DNA of 64,000 nt from Eledone cirrhosa (GCA_964016885.1 OZ024761.1:4154001-4218000), one strand, 5' to 3'. Counted from the first letter of the stretch, positions 37,541 through 50,579 are shown. Numbers and translations are program-made. The notes: a model not told the origin generated them from the letters alone.

Positions 37541-38066
37541 GTGTGTATATAGTTGCAGTGTCACTAGTGCCAAGCTGTAATAGCCTTTGTCTTTCCCTTG
37601 GACAACATATATAATGAATAATGTAGTGTATATATAGTATATATCCAGTGTGTATATAGTTGCAGTGTCACTAGTGCCAAGCTGTAACAGCCCTTACCTT
37701 TCCCTTGGAAGTTCATTGGTGGTGTCGAAAGGGAGACAGGTATACATGGGTGACTGCTGGACCTCCACAAACAAACTTGCCTGGACTTTGTGCCTTGGTG
37801 GGGAAACTTTTATGAGTAAATATCATGGTCTTTCATGACTTAAGGGGTCTTTACTCTTTACCCTTTTTAGTAACATTCTCATTATTAAGCTGATGCTTGG
37901 AACATAACTTAAAGGTTCTTGCCTAAAATTATGAAGAAAGGTTTTTTTAGACAAATATAAATATTTTTATCTAAAACCTTCATAATTTTATGTAACAACA
38001 TTTCTGAAAGTTACATTACTAAATCCCACAAAATTCTTGAATATTTTCAAAATTATTGGAAAATCA

Positions 38067-40708
38067 CAGGTAGTGTCTTTCATTAGATATATGGTAATGA
38101 GAGGGTTAATGACATAGACAGTGTCTTTCATTAGAAATATGGAAATGAAAGGGTTAATGACATAGGTAGTGTCTTTCATTAGAAATATGGTAATGAAAGG
38201 GTTAATGACATAGGTGGTGTCTTTAATTATAAATATGGTAATTAAAGGGTTAATGACATAGTTAGTGTCTTTTATTAGAAATATGGTAATGAAAGGGTTA
38301 ATGACAAAGACAGTGTATTTCATTAGAAATATGGTAATGAAAGGGTTAATGACATAGGTGGTGTCTTTAATTATAAATCTGGTAATTAAAGGGTTAATGA
38401 CATAGTTAGTGTCTTTTATTAGAAATATGGAAATGAAAGGGTTAATGACAAAGACAGTGTATTTCATTAGAAATATGGTAATGAAAGGGTTAATGACATA
38501 GACAGTGTCTTTCATTAGAAAAATGGTAATGAAAGGGTTAATGACAAAGACAGTGTATTTCATTAGAAATATGGTAATGAAATGGTTAATGACATTGACA
38601 GTGTCTTTCATTAGAAATATGGTAATGAAAGGGTTAATGACATTGACAGTGTCTTTCAGTAGAAATATGGTAATGAAAGGGTTAATGACATAGACAGTGT
38701 CTTTCAGTAGAAATATGGTAATGAAAGGGTTAATGACATAGACAGTGTCTTTCATTAGAAATATGGTAATGAAAGGGTTAATGACATAGACAGTGTCTTT
38801 CATTAGAAATATGGTAATGAAAGGGTTAATGACATAGACAGTGTCTTTTATTAGAAATATGGTAATGAAAGGGTTAATGACAGAGATAGTGTCTTTCATT
38901 AGAAATATGGTATTGAAAGGGTTAATGACATTGACAGTGTCTTTCAGTAGAAATATGGTAATGTAAGAGTTAATGACATAGGTAGTATCTTTCATTAGAA
39001 ATATGGTAATGTAAGAGTTAATGACATAGATAGTGTCTTTCATTAGAAATATGGTAAGGAAAGGGTTAATGACATTGACAGTGTCTTTCAGTAGAAATAT
39101 GGTAATGAAAGGGTTAATGACATTGACAGTGTGTTTCAGTAGAAATATGGTAATGAAAGGGTTAATGACATAGACAGTGTCTTTCATTAGAAATATGGTA
39201 ATGAAAGGGTTAATAACATAGACTGTCTTTCATTAGAAATATGGTAATGAAAGAGTTAATGATAGAGATAGTGTCTTTCATTAGAAATATGGTAATGAAA
39301 GGGTTAATAACATAGACAGTGTCTTTATTTATAAATATGGTAATGAAAGGGTTAATGACATAGTTAGTGTCTTTTATTAAAAATATGGCAATGAAAGGGT
39401 TAATAACAAAGGCAGTGTATTTCATTAGAAATATAGTAATGAATGGGTTAATGACATAGGTAGTGTCTTTCATTAGAAATATGGTAATGAAAGGGTTAAT
39501 GACATTGACAGTGTGTTTCAGTAGAAATATGGTAAGGAAAGGGTTAATGACGTAGACAGTGTCTTTCAGTAGAAATATGGTAATGAAAGGGTTAATGACA
39601 TAGACAGTGTCTTTCATTAGAAATATGGTAATGAAAGGTTTAATGACATAGACAGTGTCTTTCATTAGAAATATGGTAATGAAAGGGTTAATGACATAGG
39701 TAGTGTCTTTCATTAGAAATATGTTAATGTAAGGGTTAATGACATAGATAGTGTCTTTCATTAGAAATATGGTAAGGAAAGGGTTAATGACATTGACAGT
39801 GTCTTTCAGTAGAAATATGGTAATGAAAGGGTTAATGACATTGACAGTGTGTTTCAGTAGAAATTTGGTAAGGAAAGGGTTAATGACATAGACAGTGTCT
39901 TGCATTAGAAAAATGGTAATGAAAGGGTTAATAACATAGACAGTGTCTTTATTTATAAATATGGTAATGAAAGGGTTAATGACATAGTTAGTGTCTTTTA
40001 TTAGAAATATGGTAATGAAAGGGTTAATGACAAAGACAGTGTATTTCATTAGAAATATGGTAATGAAAGGGTTAATGACATAGGTAGTGTCTTTCATTAG
40101 AAATATGGTAATGAAAGGGTTAATGACATAGATAGTGTCTTTCATTAGAAATATGGTAAGGAAAGGGTTAATGACATTGACAGGGTCTTTCAGTAGAAAT
40201 ATGGTAATGAAAGGGTTAATGACATAGACAGTGTCTTTCATTATAAATATGGTAATGAAAGGGTTAATGACATAGGTAGTGTCTTTCATTAGAAATATGG
40301 TAATGTAAGGGTTAATGACATAGATAGTGTCTTTCATTAGAAATATGGTAAGGAAAGAGTTAATGACATTGACAGTGTCTTTCATTAGAAATATGGTAAT
40401 GAAAGAGTTAATGACATTGACAGTGTCTTTCAGTAGAAATATGGTAATGAAAGGGTTAATGACATAGACAGTGTCTTTCAGTAGAAATATGGTAATGAAA
40501 GGGTTAATAACATAGACTGTCTTTCATTAGAAATATGCTAATGAAAGAGTTAATGACAGAGATAGTGTCTTTCATTAGAAATATGGTAATGAAAGGGTTA
40601 GTGACATAGACAGTGTCTTTTATTAGAAATATGGTAATGAAAGGGTTAATGACATAGACAGTGTCTTTCATTAGAAATATGGTAATGAAAGGGTTAATGA
40701 CATAGACA
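38067..40708. repeat. 48-bp tandem satellite, left block
   Basis: Unit GACAGTGTCTTTCATTAGAAATATGGTAATGAAAGGGTTAATGACATA. Confidence 0.98.
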
Positions 40709-42697
40709 AGTCAGCGGCAGTACAAGTCAGCGGCAGCGTAGTAAGTAAGGCAATCAGAGATATGAAGATAGGGAAGGCAACCGGTCCATCGGGTATAGCT
40801 GCCGAGATGCTGAAGGCATCTGGGTCTGTAGGTCACACTATAACCACACGTATCGTTAACCAGGTAATACTAGAGGGGGCCATACCAAAAGATTGGTGCA
40901 GTAGCATCATTGTCAACTGCTACAAAGGTAAAGGCGATGCACTAGATAGAGGAAACTATAGAGGTATAAAGTTGATGGACCAGGTCATGAAAGTAACAGA
41001 AAGAGTTATAGCACAGCTGATTAGGGACCGGGTGAATATAGACGAGATGCAATTTGGGTTTGTTCCAGGGAAAGGCACCACTGATGCGCTCTTCCTTGTG
41101 AGGCAATTACAGGAAAAGTACCTAGCTAAAAGTAAGCCACTCTACTTGGCATTTGTCGACCTTGAGAAAGCCTTTGACAGAGTTCCACGTGCAGTAATCT
41201 GGTGGGCTCTTAGAAAACTAGGAGTAGATGAATGGCTTGTGAAAGCGGTACAAGCCATGTATAGGGGAGCAGTCAGCAAAGTTAGGATTGGCAATGAGTA
41301 TAGCGAGGAATTTAGCGTACAGGTTGGGGTCCACCAGGGCTCTGTTCTTAGCCCTCTCCTGTTCATCATAGTCCTGCAGGCAATAACGGAGGAGTTTAAG
41401 ACCGGATGCCCATGGGAACTCCTGTATGCTGATGACCTCGCACTCATAGCTGAATCTATGGTAGAACTAGAGAATAAATTCCAAACCTGGAAGCAGGGAC
41501 TAGAGAGAAAGGGCCTCAAAGTCAACATGACAAAGACTAAGGTCCTTATAAGTAGACGAGAAAACAGAACCCAGATCCCCTCAGGGAAATGGCCTTGCTC
41601 AGTATGTAGGAAAGGTGTAGGTAGGAACTCCATTCTTTGCCCCAAATGCAAACAATGGGTACACAAGAGATGTAGCGGGATCTCAGGAAGCTTAATTAAG
41701 AATGTAGGATTCACATGCAGCAGCTGTGCTGAAACAGCAAGCAAACAGCCACAGGAAACAAGTACCACCAATCTCTGGGAGGGCCCTGTAGAAACAGTAG
41801 ACAGCTTCTGCTACCTAGGTGACCGAATTAGCAACGGAGGTGGGTGCTCAGAAAGTACAATAACTAGGGTAAGAACGGGATGGAAGAAGTTTAGGGAACT
41901 ACTACCACTGCTAGCTGCAAAAGGCTTCTCCCTCAGAATGAAAGGCAGACTGTATGATGCGTGTATCCGAACAGCGATGTTGCATGGTAGTGAGACCTGG
42001 GCGCTGAAGGTGGAAGACTTACGTAGATTAGAGAGAAACGAAGCCTGCATGCTCCGATGGATGTGTAACAGTAATATACGTGAACGACAAAGCATAAATG
42101 AATTGAGAGAGAGACTGAGCATAAGAGGAATCAAATGCTGCGTGCAGGAGAGGCGGTTACGCTGGTATGGACATGTGATGCGTATGAAGGATGACAGCTG
42201 CATAAAAAGGTGCAGAGCACTAGAAGTTGATGGAAACCGCGGAGTGGGGAGACCCAAGATGACTTGGGATGAGGTGATAAAAGCCGACCTTACCCAACTA
42301 CACCTCTCAAAGTCAATGACACACGACCGTGACTTCTGGCGTCACGCAGTAATACAGGGTACCCGACCTCCCATGGGTACATGCTGAAGCATATAAACAA
42401 TATGCCCCCCCCCCCCCCACCGCAAGGTGGTCGTGGAGGTGCCACGGCAAAAAAGCACCCAGCCCACACTGTAAAGTGGACGTGTAGGCGCCACGAAAAA
42501 GCACCCAGCACTCACTGTAAATGAGGTTGGTGTTAGGAAGGGCATCCAGCTGTAGAAATCAAGCCAGATCAGTTCCTGTATGAGCAAGGCATGGTCAGCC
42601 GACCAGACACTGCCCACAACAGGACAACCCGTCTAACCCATGCTAGCGTGGAAGAACGGACGTAAAACGGTGATGATGATGATGATGATGATGATGA
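40709..42697 (+). mobile_element. RTE-clade LINE (family A-related, PHD-RT), 5'-truncated, intact ORF, inserted in the 48-bp satellite
   Basis: Uninterrupted 541-aa ORF 40762-42387 with YADD and a C4HC3 finger, and a (GAT)n tail. The satellite resumes in register after it. Confidence 0.96.
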
Positions 42698-44381
42698 CAG
42701 TGTCTTTCATTAGAAATATGGTAATGAAAGGGTTAATGACATAGACAGTGTCTTTCATTAGAAATATGGTAATGAAAGGGTTAATGACATTGACAGTGTC
42801 TTTCAGTAGAAATATGGTAATGAAAGGGTTAATGACATTTACAGAGTCCTTCAGTAGAAATATGGTAATGAAAGGTTTAATGACATAGACAGTGTCTTTC
42901 ATTAGAAATATGGTAATGAAAGGGTTAATGACATAGACAGTGTCTTTCATTAGAAATATGGTAATGAAAGGGTTAATGACATAGGTAGTGTCTTTCATTA
43001 GAAATATGGTAATGAAAGGGTTAATGATATTGACAGTGTCTTTCATTAGACATATGGTAATGAAAGGGTTAATGACATAGGAAGTGTCTTTCATTAGAAA
43101 TATGGTAATGTAAGGGTTAATGACATAGACAGTGTCTTTCATTAGAAATATGGTAATGAAAGGGTTAATGACATAGTCAGTGACTTTCATTAGAAATATG
43201 GTAATGAAAGGGTTAATGACATTGACAGTGTCTTTCAGTAGAAATATGGTAAGGAAAGGGTTAATGACAGAGATAGTGTCGTTCATTAGAAATATTGTAA
43301 TGAAAGGGTTAATGACATTGATAGTGTCTTTCATTAGGCATATGGTAATGAAAGGGTTAATGTCATAGACAGTGTCTTTCATTAGAAATATGGTAATGAA
43401 ATGGTTAATGACAGAGATAGTGTCTTTCATTAGAAATATGATAATTAAAGGGTTAATGACATAGGAAGTGTCTTTCATTATAAATATGGTAATGAAAGGG
43501 TTAATGACATTGACAGTGTCTTTCAGTAGAAATATGGCAATGAAAGGGTTAATTACATAGACAGTGTCTTTTATTAGAAATATGGCAATGAAAGGGTTAA
43601 TGACAGAGATAGTGTCTTTCATTAGAAATATGGTAATGAAAGGGTTAATGACATAGGCAGTGTCTTTCAGTAGAAATATGGTAATGAAAGGGTTAATGAC
43701 ATAGATAGTGTCTTTCATTAGAAATATGGTAATGAAAGGGTTAATGATATTGACAGTGTGTTTCATTAGACATATGGTAATGAAAGGGTTAATGACATTG
43801 ACAGTGTCTTTCAGTAGAAATATGGTAATGAAAGGGTTAATGACATTGACAGTGTCTTTCATTAGAAATATGGTAATGAAAGGGTTAATGACATAGACAG
43901 TGTCTTTCATTAGAAATATGGTAATGAAAGGGTTAATGACATAGACAGTGTCTTTCATTAGAAATATGGTAATGAAAGGTTTACTGACATATACAGTGTC
44001 TTTCATTAGAAATATGGTAATGAAAGGGTTAATGACACAGACAGTGTCTTTCATTAGAAATATGGTAATGAAAGGGTTAATGACATAGGTAGTGTCTTTC
44101 ATTAGAAATATGGTAATGAAAGGGTTAATGATATAGACAGTGTCTTTCAGTAGAAATATGGTAATTAAAGGGTTAATGGCATAGACAGTGTCTTTCATTA
44201 GAAATATGGTAATGAAAGGGTTAATTATATAGACAGTGTCTTTCAGTAGAAATATGGTAATGAAAGGGTTAATGGCATAGACAGTGTCTTTCATTAGAAA
44301 TATGGTAATGAAAGGTTTAAAGACATAGACAGTGTCTTTCATTAGAAATATGCTAATGAAAGGGTTAATGACATAGACAGT
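42695..44381. repeat. 48-bp tandem satellite, right block
   Basis: Same unit as 38067-40708. Confidence 0.98.
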
Positions 44382-46035
44382 GGCGTAGTGACCCTGACCA
44401 GGAAAGATGAGAACAAGGGGGATAACACAAGTAACTAGAGGCCCATAACTCTGCTTAACACAGAGCCACTACTGGGGAAGTTGGAGCTATTGCAGGGCAT
44501 CCCAATCGAACCAGGACTGCGAAAAGCAGCGTCGGCCTATGCTGACGACGTGACCATAATAGTGTTGGAAACCTCCAAAATCAGGGTAATCGGCAACTTA
44601 TTACAGGAGCAAAACTAAACCCAAGCAAGTCTGTCGGTTTGCAACTCGGCACATAGAAAGGCAAACCCATGCCGTTGGACGCTGGACGGAAGGACCGGTG
44701 AAATTGCTCGGGATCTGGTTTGGTCCAGACCTCCAGGTGAACAAAAACTGGAACGAGGTCACGGTGAAGGTGTCTACACTCACCCAGAAGTGGGCTGAGT
44801 GCAAACTCTCCTTAAAAGGCCGAGCGGAGGTGGCGAACACTTATATAGCGTCCGTCATCTACTACCGCTTGACCGTCGTGCCTTGTCCCTGCAATCACCT
44901 CATCAAGATGGACCGTCTTTTCTTCAAGTTCCTTTGGAAGAAACAGGCTCCGTTGGTGAGGAGATTCACCTGCTGCCAACACCCTTCTAACGGAGGGCTG
45001 GGCATGCCGTGGCTCATGATGCGCAAACACGCAGGTATTCCTGACTGGTGAACCGGTGTGGCTGTCATTTGTGAGATAGGCTCTTCCATAACTCATCTCG
45101 CTAACAGAGCTGCAGTCCTGGGTCTAGCGAAGACCAAAAATGGGCGCCTGGCACCTCGAGTGCCTTCAGGCGCTCACAGCCCTCTACCAAGCGGAAACAG
45201 TAATCAGCGGATATTCCACTTTGACATTCTATAGGTGATTACAGGAAGATAAGTGCGACAACGTTCTCAGAGAAACTCTAGGCATCGAAGAGGACGAACT
45301 GACCAGTCTGTTCAGGAGTAATTTCCGTCCAGGGCCTATGGATAACTTCCAGAGGTCTCTGGCATGGCAGTGCTACCGAGGAGCTCTACCAGTTTCAGAC
45401 AAAATCTACAGGCATGGACGCCCTGGCATAGATCCTGCCAAATGGACCTGTCCAAGATGCGAGCAGGACATCGAAAGCGTTCTGCACGCAATTGTTCAGT
45501 ACCCAGGGGTGACCAACCTGTGGAATTATGTCGAACAGCTAGTCACATGTGGGATGCATCCAGTTGTCAGCCGAGTCCATCGTGAGGATCACCCCGCCGC
45601 CTTCATTTAAGAATGAAGGAGAGGCAGTTTTCCTGTCTGGTGGTTATGGCGAAAGAAGTAATATGGTGTGCTCCACCCGAGTAAATTCTCTGAAAAGTGG
45701 GTGAATGTGGCGAAAATGGCTTGAGTGAATGGGCCTTCTCTGTTTATAAACCTGTAGGTTGAGGAAGATAAACAGAGGGAAGACGGGAACACCTACAAAA
45801 CGTGCTCCTGGTGTTGAGGGTTGTTCTATTCATGGGGTGTAAAACAACCCCGCAATAACGTTCCCCCCCTATTGTGGATTTCGACTGTTATTTTATTTTA
45901 TATATAGTTTATTGTTATTTATTATTGTTAAAGTTATATGATTTTTATGTAAAACCCCCGCCATCATGTCTTGTAATGTCCCCTTTTCTTGTGCTCCCCT
46001 TGTGGCAAATAAAGAAAGATATCTATCTATCTATC
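44382..46035 (+). mobile_element. Tx1/L1-clade LINE, truncated, internally deleted and decayed
   Basis: RPITLLN, YADDVT, KLLGIWF, LSLKGR, GGLGMP and a C-terminal zinc knuckle CPRC...ESVLHAI. Ends with AATAAAG and a (TATC)n tail. Confidence 0.9.
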
Positions 46036-46109
46036 GGTCTATCTATCATGTTAATCTGTGACTTGTCCTCCTGCTCCTCTCACCACACACCTCCAATTAA
46101 GATTGGCTA

Positions 46110-46758
46110 CACCTATCACGTGGCTCTACCTACCATGTAGCTCTACCTATCATGTGACTACCTACCATGTAGCTCTACCTATCATGTGGCTACCTACCAT
46201 GTAGCTCTACCTATCATGTGGCTACCTACCATGTAGCTCTACCTACCATGTAGCTCTACCTATCATGTGGCTACCTACCATGTAGCTCTACCTATCATGT
46301 GACTACCTACCATGTAGCTCTACCTATCATGTGGCTACCTACCATGTAGCTCTACCTACCATGTAGCTCTACCTATCATGTGGCTACCTACCATGTAGCT
46401 CTACCTATCATGTGACTACCTACCATGTAGCTCTACCTATCATGTGGCTCTACCTACCATGTGACTACCTACCATGTAGCTCTACCTATCATGTGACTAC
46501 CTACCATGTAGCTCTACCTATCATGTGACTACCTACCATGTAGCTCTACCTATCATGTGGCTACCTACCATGTAGCTCTACCTACCATGTAGCTCTACCT
46601 ATCATGTGGCTACCTACCATGTAGCTCTACCTATCATGTGACTACCTACCATGTAGCTCTACCTACCATGTGGCTCTACCTACCATGTGACTACCTACCA
46701 TGTAGCTCTACCTATCATGTGACTACCTACCATGTAGCTCTACCTATCATGTGACTAC
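46110..46758. repeat. 15/17-bp minisatellite (CTACCTA(C/T)CATGT(A/G)G...)
   Basis: Directly visible alternating subunits. Confidence 0.95.
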
Positions 46759-46911
46759 CTACCATGTAGCTCTACCTAGAATCCAATCTTCAAAATAATA
46801 GAATGTTGTGGTTACTTAATGACAGGTGTGCCAGTGCTCAGGCCAAAATCTTTGACTTTTATCACACCTTTACAGTGAGTGGACAGAGGTGAAATAATGG
46901 TGAAGTAGTTT

Positions 46912-47830
46912 AGTGGGGGGGGGGGGGAGATCGTAGTGGTGTTGATGGGGGGCGGGGGGTAGTAGTGGTGGGGGCGAGGTGGTAGTGGTGTTGATGGGGG
47001 AAGTGGTAGTGGTGTTGGTGGAGGGGAGGGGAAGGGAGATAGTGGTGTTGGGGAGGACGTGGTAGTGGTGTTGTTGGCGGTGGGTGAGGGTGGTGGGAGC
47101 GGTGTTGTTCTTGTTGCTGATGGTGGTAGTGGTGGTGGTGGGGGAGGTGGTGTTGATGGCGGTGGTAGTGGTATTGTTGGTGTTGTTGGTTGTGGTGTTG
47201 CTGGTTGTGGTATTGGTGGTGGTGGTGATGGTTGTGGAGGTGGTCTTGGTGGGTGTGGTGTTGATGTTGCTGGTGGTGGTGGTCTTGGTGGTAGCTTTGG
47301 TGTTGGTAGTAGTGGTGGTGTTGGTGTTGATGGTGGTGGCAGTAGTGTTGGTGGTGGTGACAGTGTTATGGTGGTGGTGGTGAATGTGACGGTGTTGGTG
47401 GTTGTAGTGGTGGTGTTGGTGCTGGGTGTGACAGTGTGATGGTGGTGGTGGTGACAGTGTGATGGTGTTGGTGATGGGTGTGACAGTGTAATGGTGGTGG
47501 TGGTGATGGGTGTGACAGTGTAATGGTGGTGGTGGTGATGGGTGTGACAGTGTAATGGTGGTGGTGGTGACAGTGTGATGGTGTTGGTGGTTGTAGTGGT
47601 GGTGTTGGTGATGGGTGTGACAGTGTGATGGTGGTGGAGGTGGTGACAGTGTGGTGGTGTTGGTGGTTGTAGTGGTGGTGTTGGTGATGGGTGTGACAGT
47701 GTGATGGTGGTGGAAGTGGTGACAGTGTGGTGGTGTTGGTGGTTGTAGTGGTGGTGTTGGTGATGGGTGTGACAGTGTGATGGTGGTGGAAGTGGTGACA
47801 GTGTGATGGTGGTGGTGGTTGTAGTGGTTT
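46912..47830. repeat. Degenerate (GGT)n low-complexity tract
   Basis: GGT/GTT triplet-rich, with GTGACAGTGT sub-repeats in the right half. Confidence 0.9.
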
Positions 47831-47903
47831 TGATGATGAAACTTTTTTGTTGATTTTATGTGATTTTAATGTGAAGTTGGTATTGGTAGGATTTGAACTC
47901 GGG

Positions 47904-48433
47904 CATTTCATCAAACACTGACTCATCCCCATTTCATCAAACACTATGACTAACCACATTTCATCAAACACTATGACTAACCACATTTCATCAAACACCA
48001 TGACTCACCCCATTTCATCAAACACTATGACTAACCACATTTCATCAAACACCATGACTCACCCCATTTCATCAAACACTATGACTCATCCCCATTTCAT
48101 CAAACACCATGACTCACCCCATTTCATCAAACACCATGACTCACCCCATTTCATCAAACACCATGACTCACCCCATTTCATCAAACACTATGACTCATCC
48201 CCATTTCATCAAACACTATGACTAACCACATTTCATCAAACACCATGACTCACCCCATTTCATCAAACACTATGACTCATCCCCATTTCATCAAACACTA
48301 TGACTCACCCCATTTCATCAAACACCATGACTCACCCCATTTCATCAAACACCATGACTCACCCCATTTCATCAAACACTATGACTCATCTCCATTTCAT
48401 CAAACATTATGACTCACCACCATTTCATCAAAC
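47904..48433. repeat. 27/28-bp minisatellite (ATTTCATCAAACAC(C/T)ATGACTCACCCC)
   Basis: About 19 visible copies. Confidence 0.95.
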
Positions 48434-48612
48434 ATGGCCACAGTCTAATGACTGAAACCAGTAAAAGAGAGTGGTGCCTCAGCATGGCCACAGTCTAATG
48501 ACTGCAACCAGCAAAAAAGAGTGGTGCCCCAGCATGGCCACAGTCTAATGACTGAAAGCAGGAAAAGAGTGGTGCCCCAGCATGGCCACAGTCTAAGGAC
48601 TGAAACAAGTGA
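48433..48612 (+). repeat. ~48-bp tandem of CAGCATGGCCACAGTCTAATGACTGAAAC (SINE-tail-like motif)
   Basis: 4 copies. The inverted motif occurs at 58703-58925. Confidence 0.8.
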
Positions 48613-48675
48613 AAAAATAAGAGAAATTGAAAAAAGAAATTCAATTAATAAAAGACTGAAAATCAATTATTTTCT

Positions 48676-48681
48676 TTTATT
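48676..48681 (-). promoter_or_regulatory. Candidate polyadenylation signal AATAAA for the TBL2-like gene
   Basis: TTTATT on the plus strand, ~220 nt downstream of the predicted stop. Confidence 0.35.
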
Positions 48682-48902
48682 GGAAAAAAATTGCAGAGCA
48701 ACGTGAAATTGGATGCAACTGTGTGTGGATGGTGGGGTGGGCCAGAGGTGAAATTAAAATAAGATTTTCAATGGTCTTTAAGATGGGATTATGGGATGTC
48801 GGTTACCGGATTCCTGAGACGTAAAAAAAAATACAAAACAAAATAAAACGTCTGATTTAGCAGCAATACTTTGGTGATTCCTCAGCAGTAATGGAGGCAA
48901 CT

Positions 48903-48939
48903 TCAGGAGGTCTTTGGTAGAACTTTCTTCAATGATCCC
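48903..48939 (-). CDS. TBL2: Predicted last coding exon of the TBL2-like gene
   Basis: Acceptor TTTCTCTATTGCAG|G. Phase fits the upstream exon (AC|G = Thr). Encodes GSLKKVLPKTS*, matching the length and character of the TBL2 C-terminus as recalled. Confidence 0.65.
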
Positions 48940-48972
48940 CTGCAATAGAGAAACATATATAGCATTATCAAG

Positions 48973-49673
48973 TTAACCCTTTAGCATTTAAACCAGCCAT
49001 ATCTGGCCAGAATTCTCTCACCTCTTTCTGTTCAAACCATCTGTAACCAGTCACTCATACTGATGTTAAGGTATTGTTCTCAAAATAGATATCAAAATCC
49101 CTAGATTTGATATTATGTGAGGTAAAGCCTTTACCATGAAAATACAATAGTATATATAGAGTAATGTAAATTATGTGAGATATGTGAGATAAAGCCTTTA
49201 CTGTGAAAATACTATAGTATATATAGAGTAATGTAAATGTTGTGAGAGATATTATGTGAGGTAAAGCCTCTACTGTGAAAATACAATAGTATATATAGAG
49301 TAATGTAAATGTTATGTGAGATATTATGTGAGGTAAAGCCTCTACTGTGAAAATACAATAGTATATATAGAGTAATGTAAATGTTATGCGAGATATTATG
49401 AGGTAAAGCCTTTACTCTGAAAATACAATAGTATATATAGAGTAATCATCATCATCATCGTTTAACGTCCATCTTCCACGCTAGCATGGGTCTGGACGGG
49501 AATTGTCCCACTTGAGGCAAGATTGGTTGTCTTGCTCAGGACTGTCTGGCGGGTTTTCTACGGCTAGATGCCCTTCCTAACACCAACCACGTTTACAGTG
49601 TGGACTGGGAGGTTTTTACCGTGTTACCTACACGGCCACATTACAGCGTGTAATGTAAATGGCAAAGGGTTAA
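48973..49673. mobile_element. MITE-like element with TTAACCCTTT.GCATTTA inverted ends, an internal minisatellite and a nested RTE tail
   Basis: TTAACCCTTTAGCATTTA ... TAAATGGCAAAGGGTTAA. An RTE-A 3' fragment is nested at 49445-49650. Confidence 0.7.
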
Positions 49674-49779
49674 TACAAGCAGGCGAAATGCGGTTCCTCT
49701 GAAGGGTCTTTAAAATAACATTACTCGACAAAGTGCGTTGCTTGGAGGTATGGGAGTCGCTCCTGTTAGAGTGGCTACT

Positions 49780-50575
49780 TCATCATCATCATTTAATATT
49801 CATTTTCCACGCTAGCATGGGTTAGACAGGTTGTCCCATTTGAGGCAAGTTCGGTCAGGTGACCGTCTCTTGCTCATATAGGATTTATCTGGTTTGGTTT
49901 CTATGGCTGGATGTCCTTCCTAATACCAACCACATTTACAGTGTGTGCTGGGTGCTTTTAGCAGTGATACCTACATGCCCACAGTGTAGGCTGCGTGCTT
50001 TTTGTCCTGACACCTACACAACCATTTTACAGTGTGGGGTGAATATTTTTGTGATACCAACATAACTTTACAGTGGACAGAAGTGGGAGGGTGGTGTGGG
50101 GTGTATAGAAGGTGGTATAGTGGTTAAAAAGTGCCTACTGGGTGTATGTTTGAGTCCGTATGTAAGGGGAAGTGGGTCTTCTGTATTACTGCATAACGCC
50201 AAATATCTCAAACCTCTGTCATTGTCTTTGAGAGGTGCAATTGTGCAAGGTCAGCTTTTATCACCTTGTCCCATGTCTTCCTACTCCATAGCTTCCATCA
50301 ATTTTGATCACCCTGTACCTTTTTATACAGCTGTCGTCCTACATACACACCACATGTCCATACCAGCAGAATCTCCTTTCCTGCACACTACATCTGATCC
50401 CTCTTATTCCTAATTTCTCACTTAGTTCACTAATGCTTTGCCGTTCAAATATATTACTATAACATATCCATCAGAGCATGGAAGCTTCATTTCTTTCCCG
50501 TCTTCGCAGGTCCTCTGCGCACAGTACCCAGGTCTCACTACCATGTATCATTGCTGTTTGCATACATGCCCTATG
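49780..50575 (-). mobile_element. Degenerate RTE family A-like 3' fragment
   Basis: ACMQTAMIHGSETW...ERNEASML followed by a 3' UTR and (GAT)n tail. Confidence 0.82.
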
Positions 50576-50579
50576 TATA

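Noticed and set aside
37988-44342. ORFs of 16-aa repeats (MKDTVYVINPFITIFL)
   Set aside because: Translation of a 48-bp satellite (a multiple of 3) that is interrupted by a LINE.
47059-48001. Gly-rich, Val-rich and His/Pro/Thr-rich ORFs
   Set aside because: Products of the (GGT)n low-complexity tract, with no splice or domain support.
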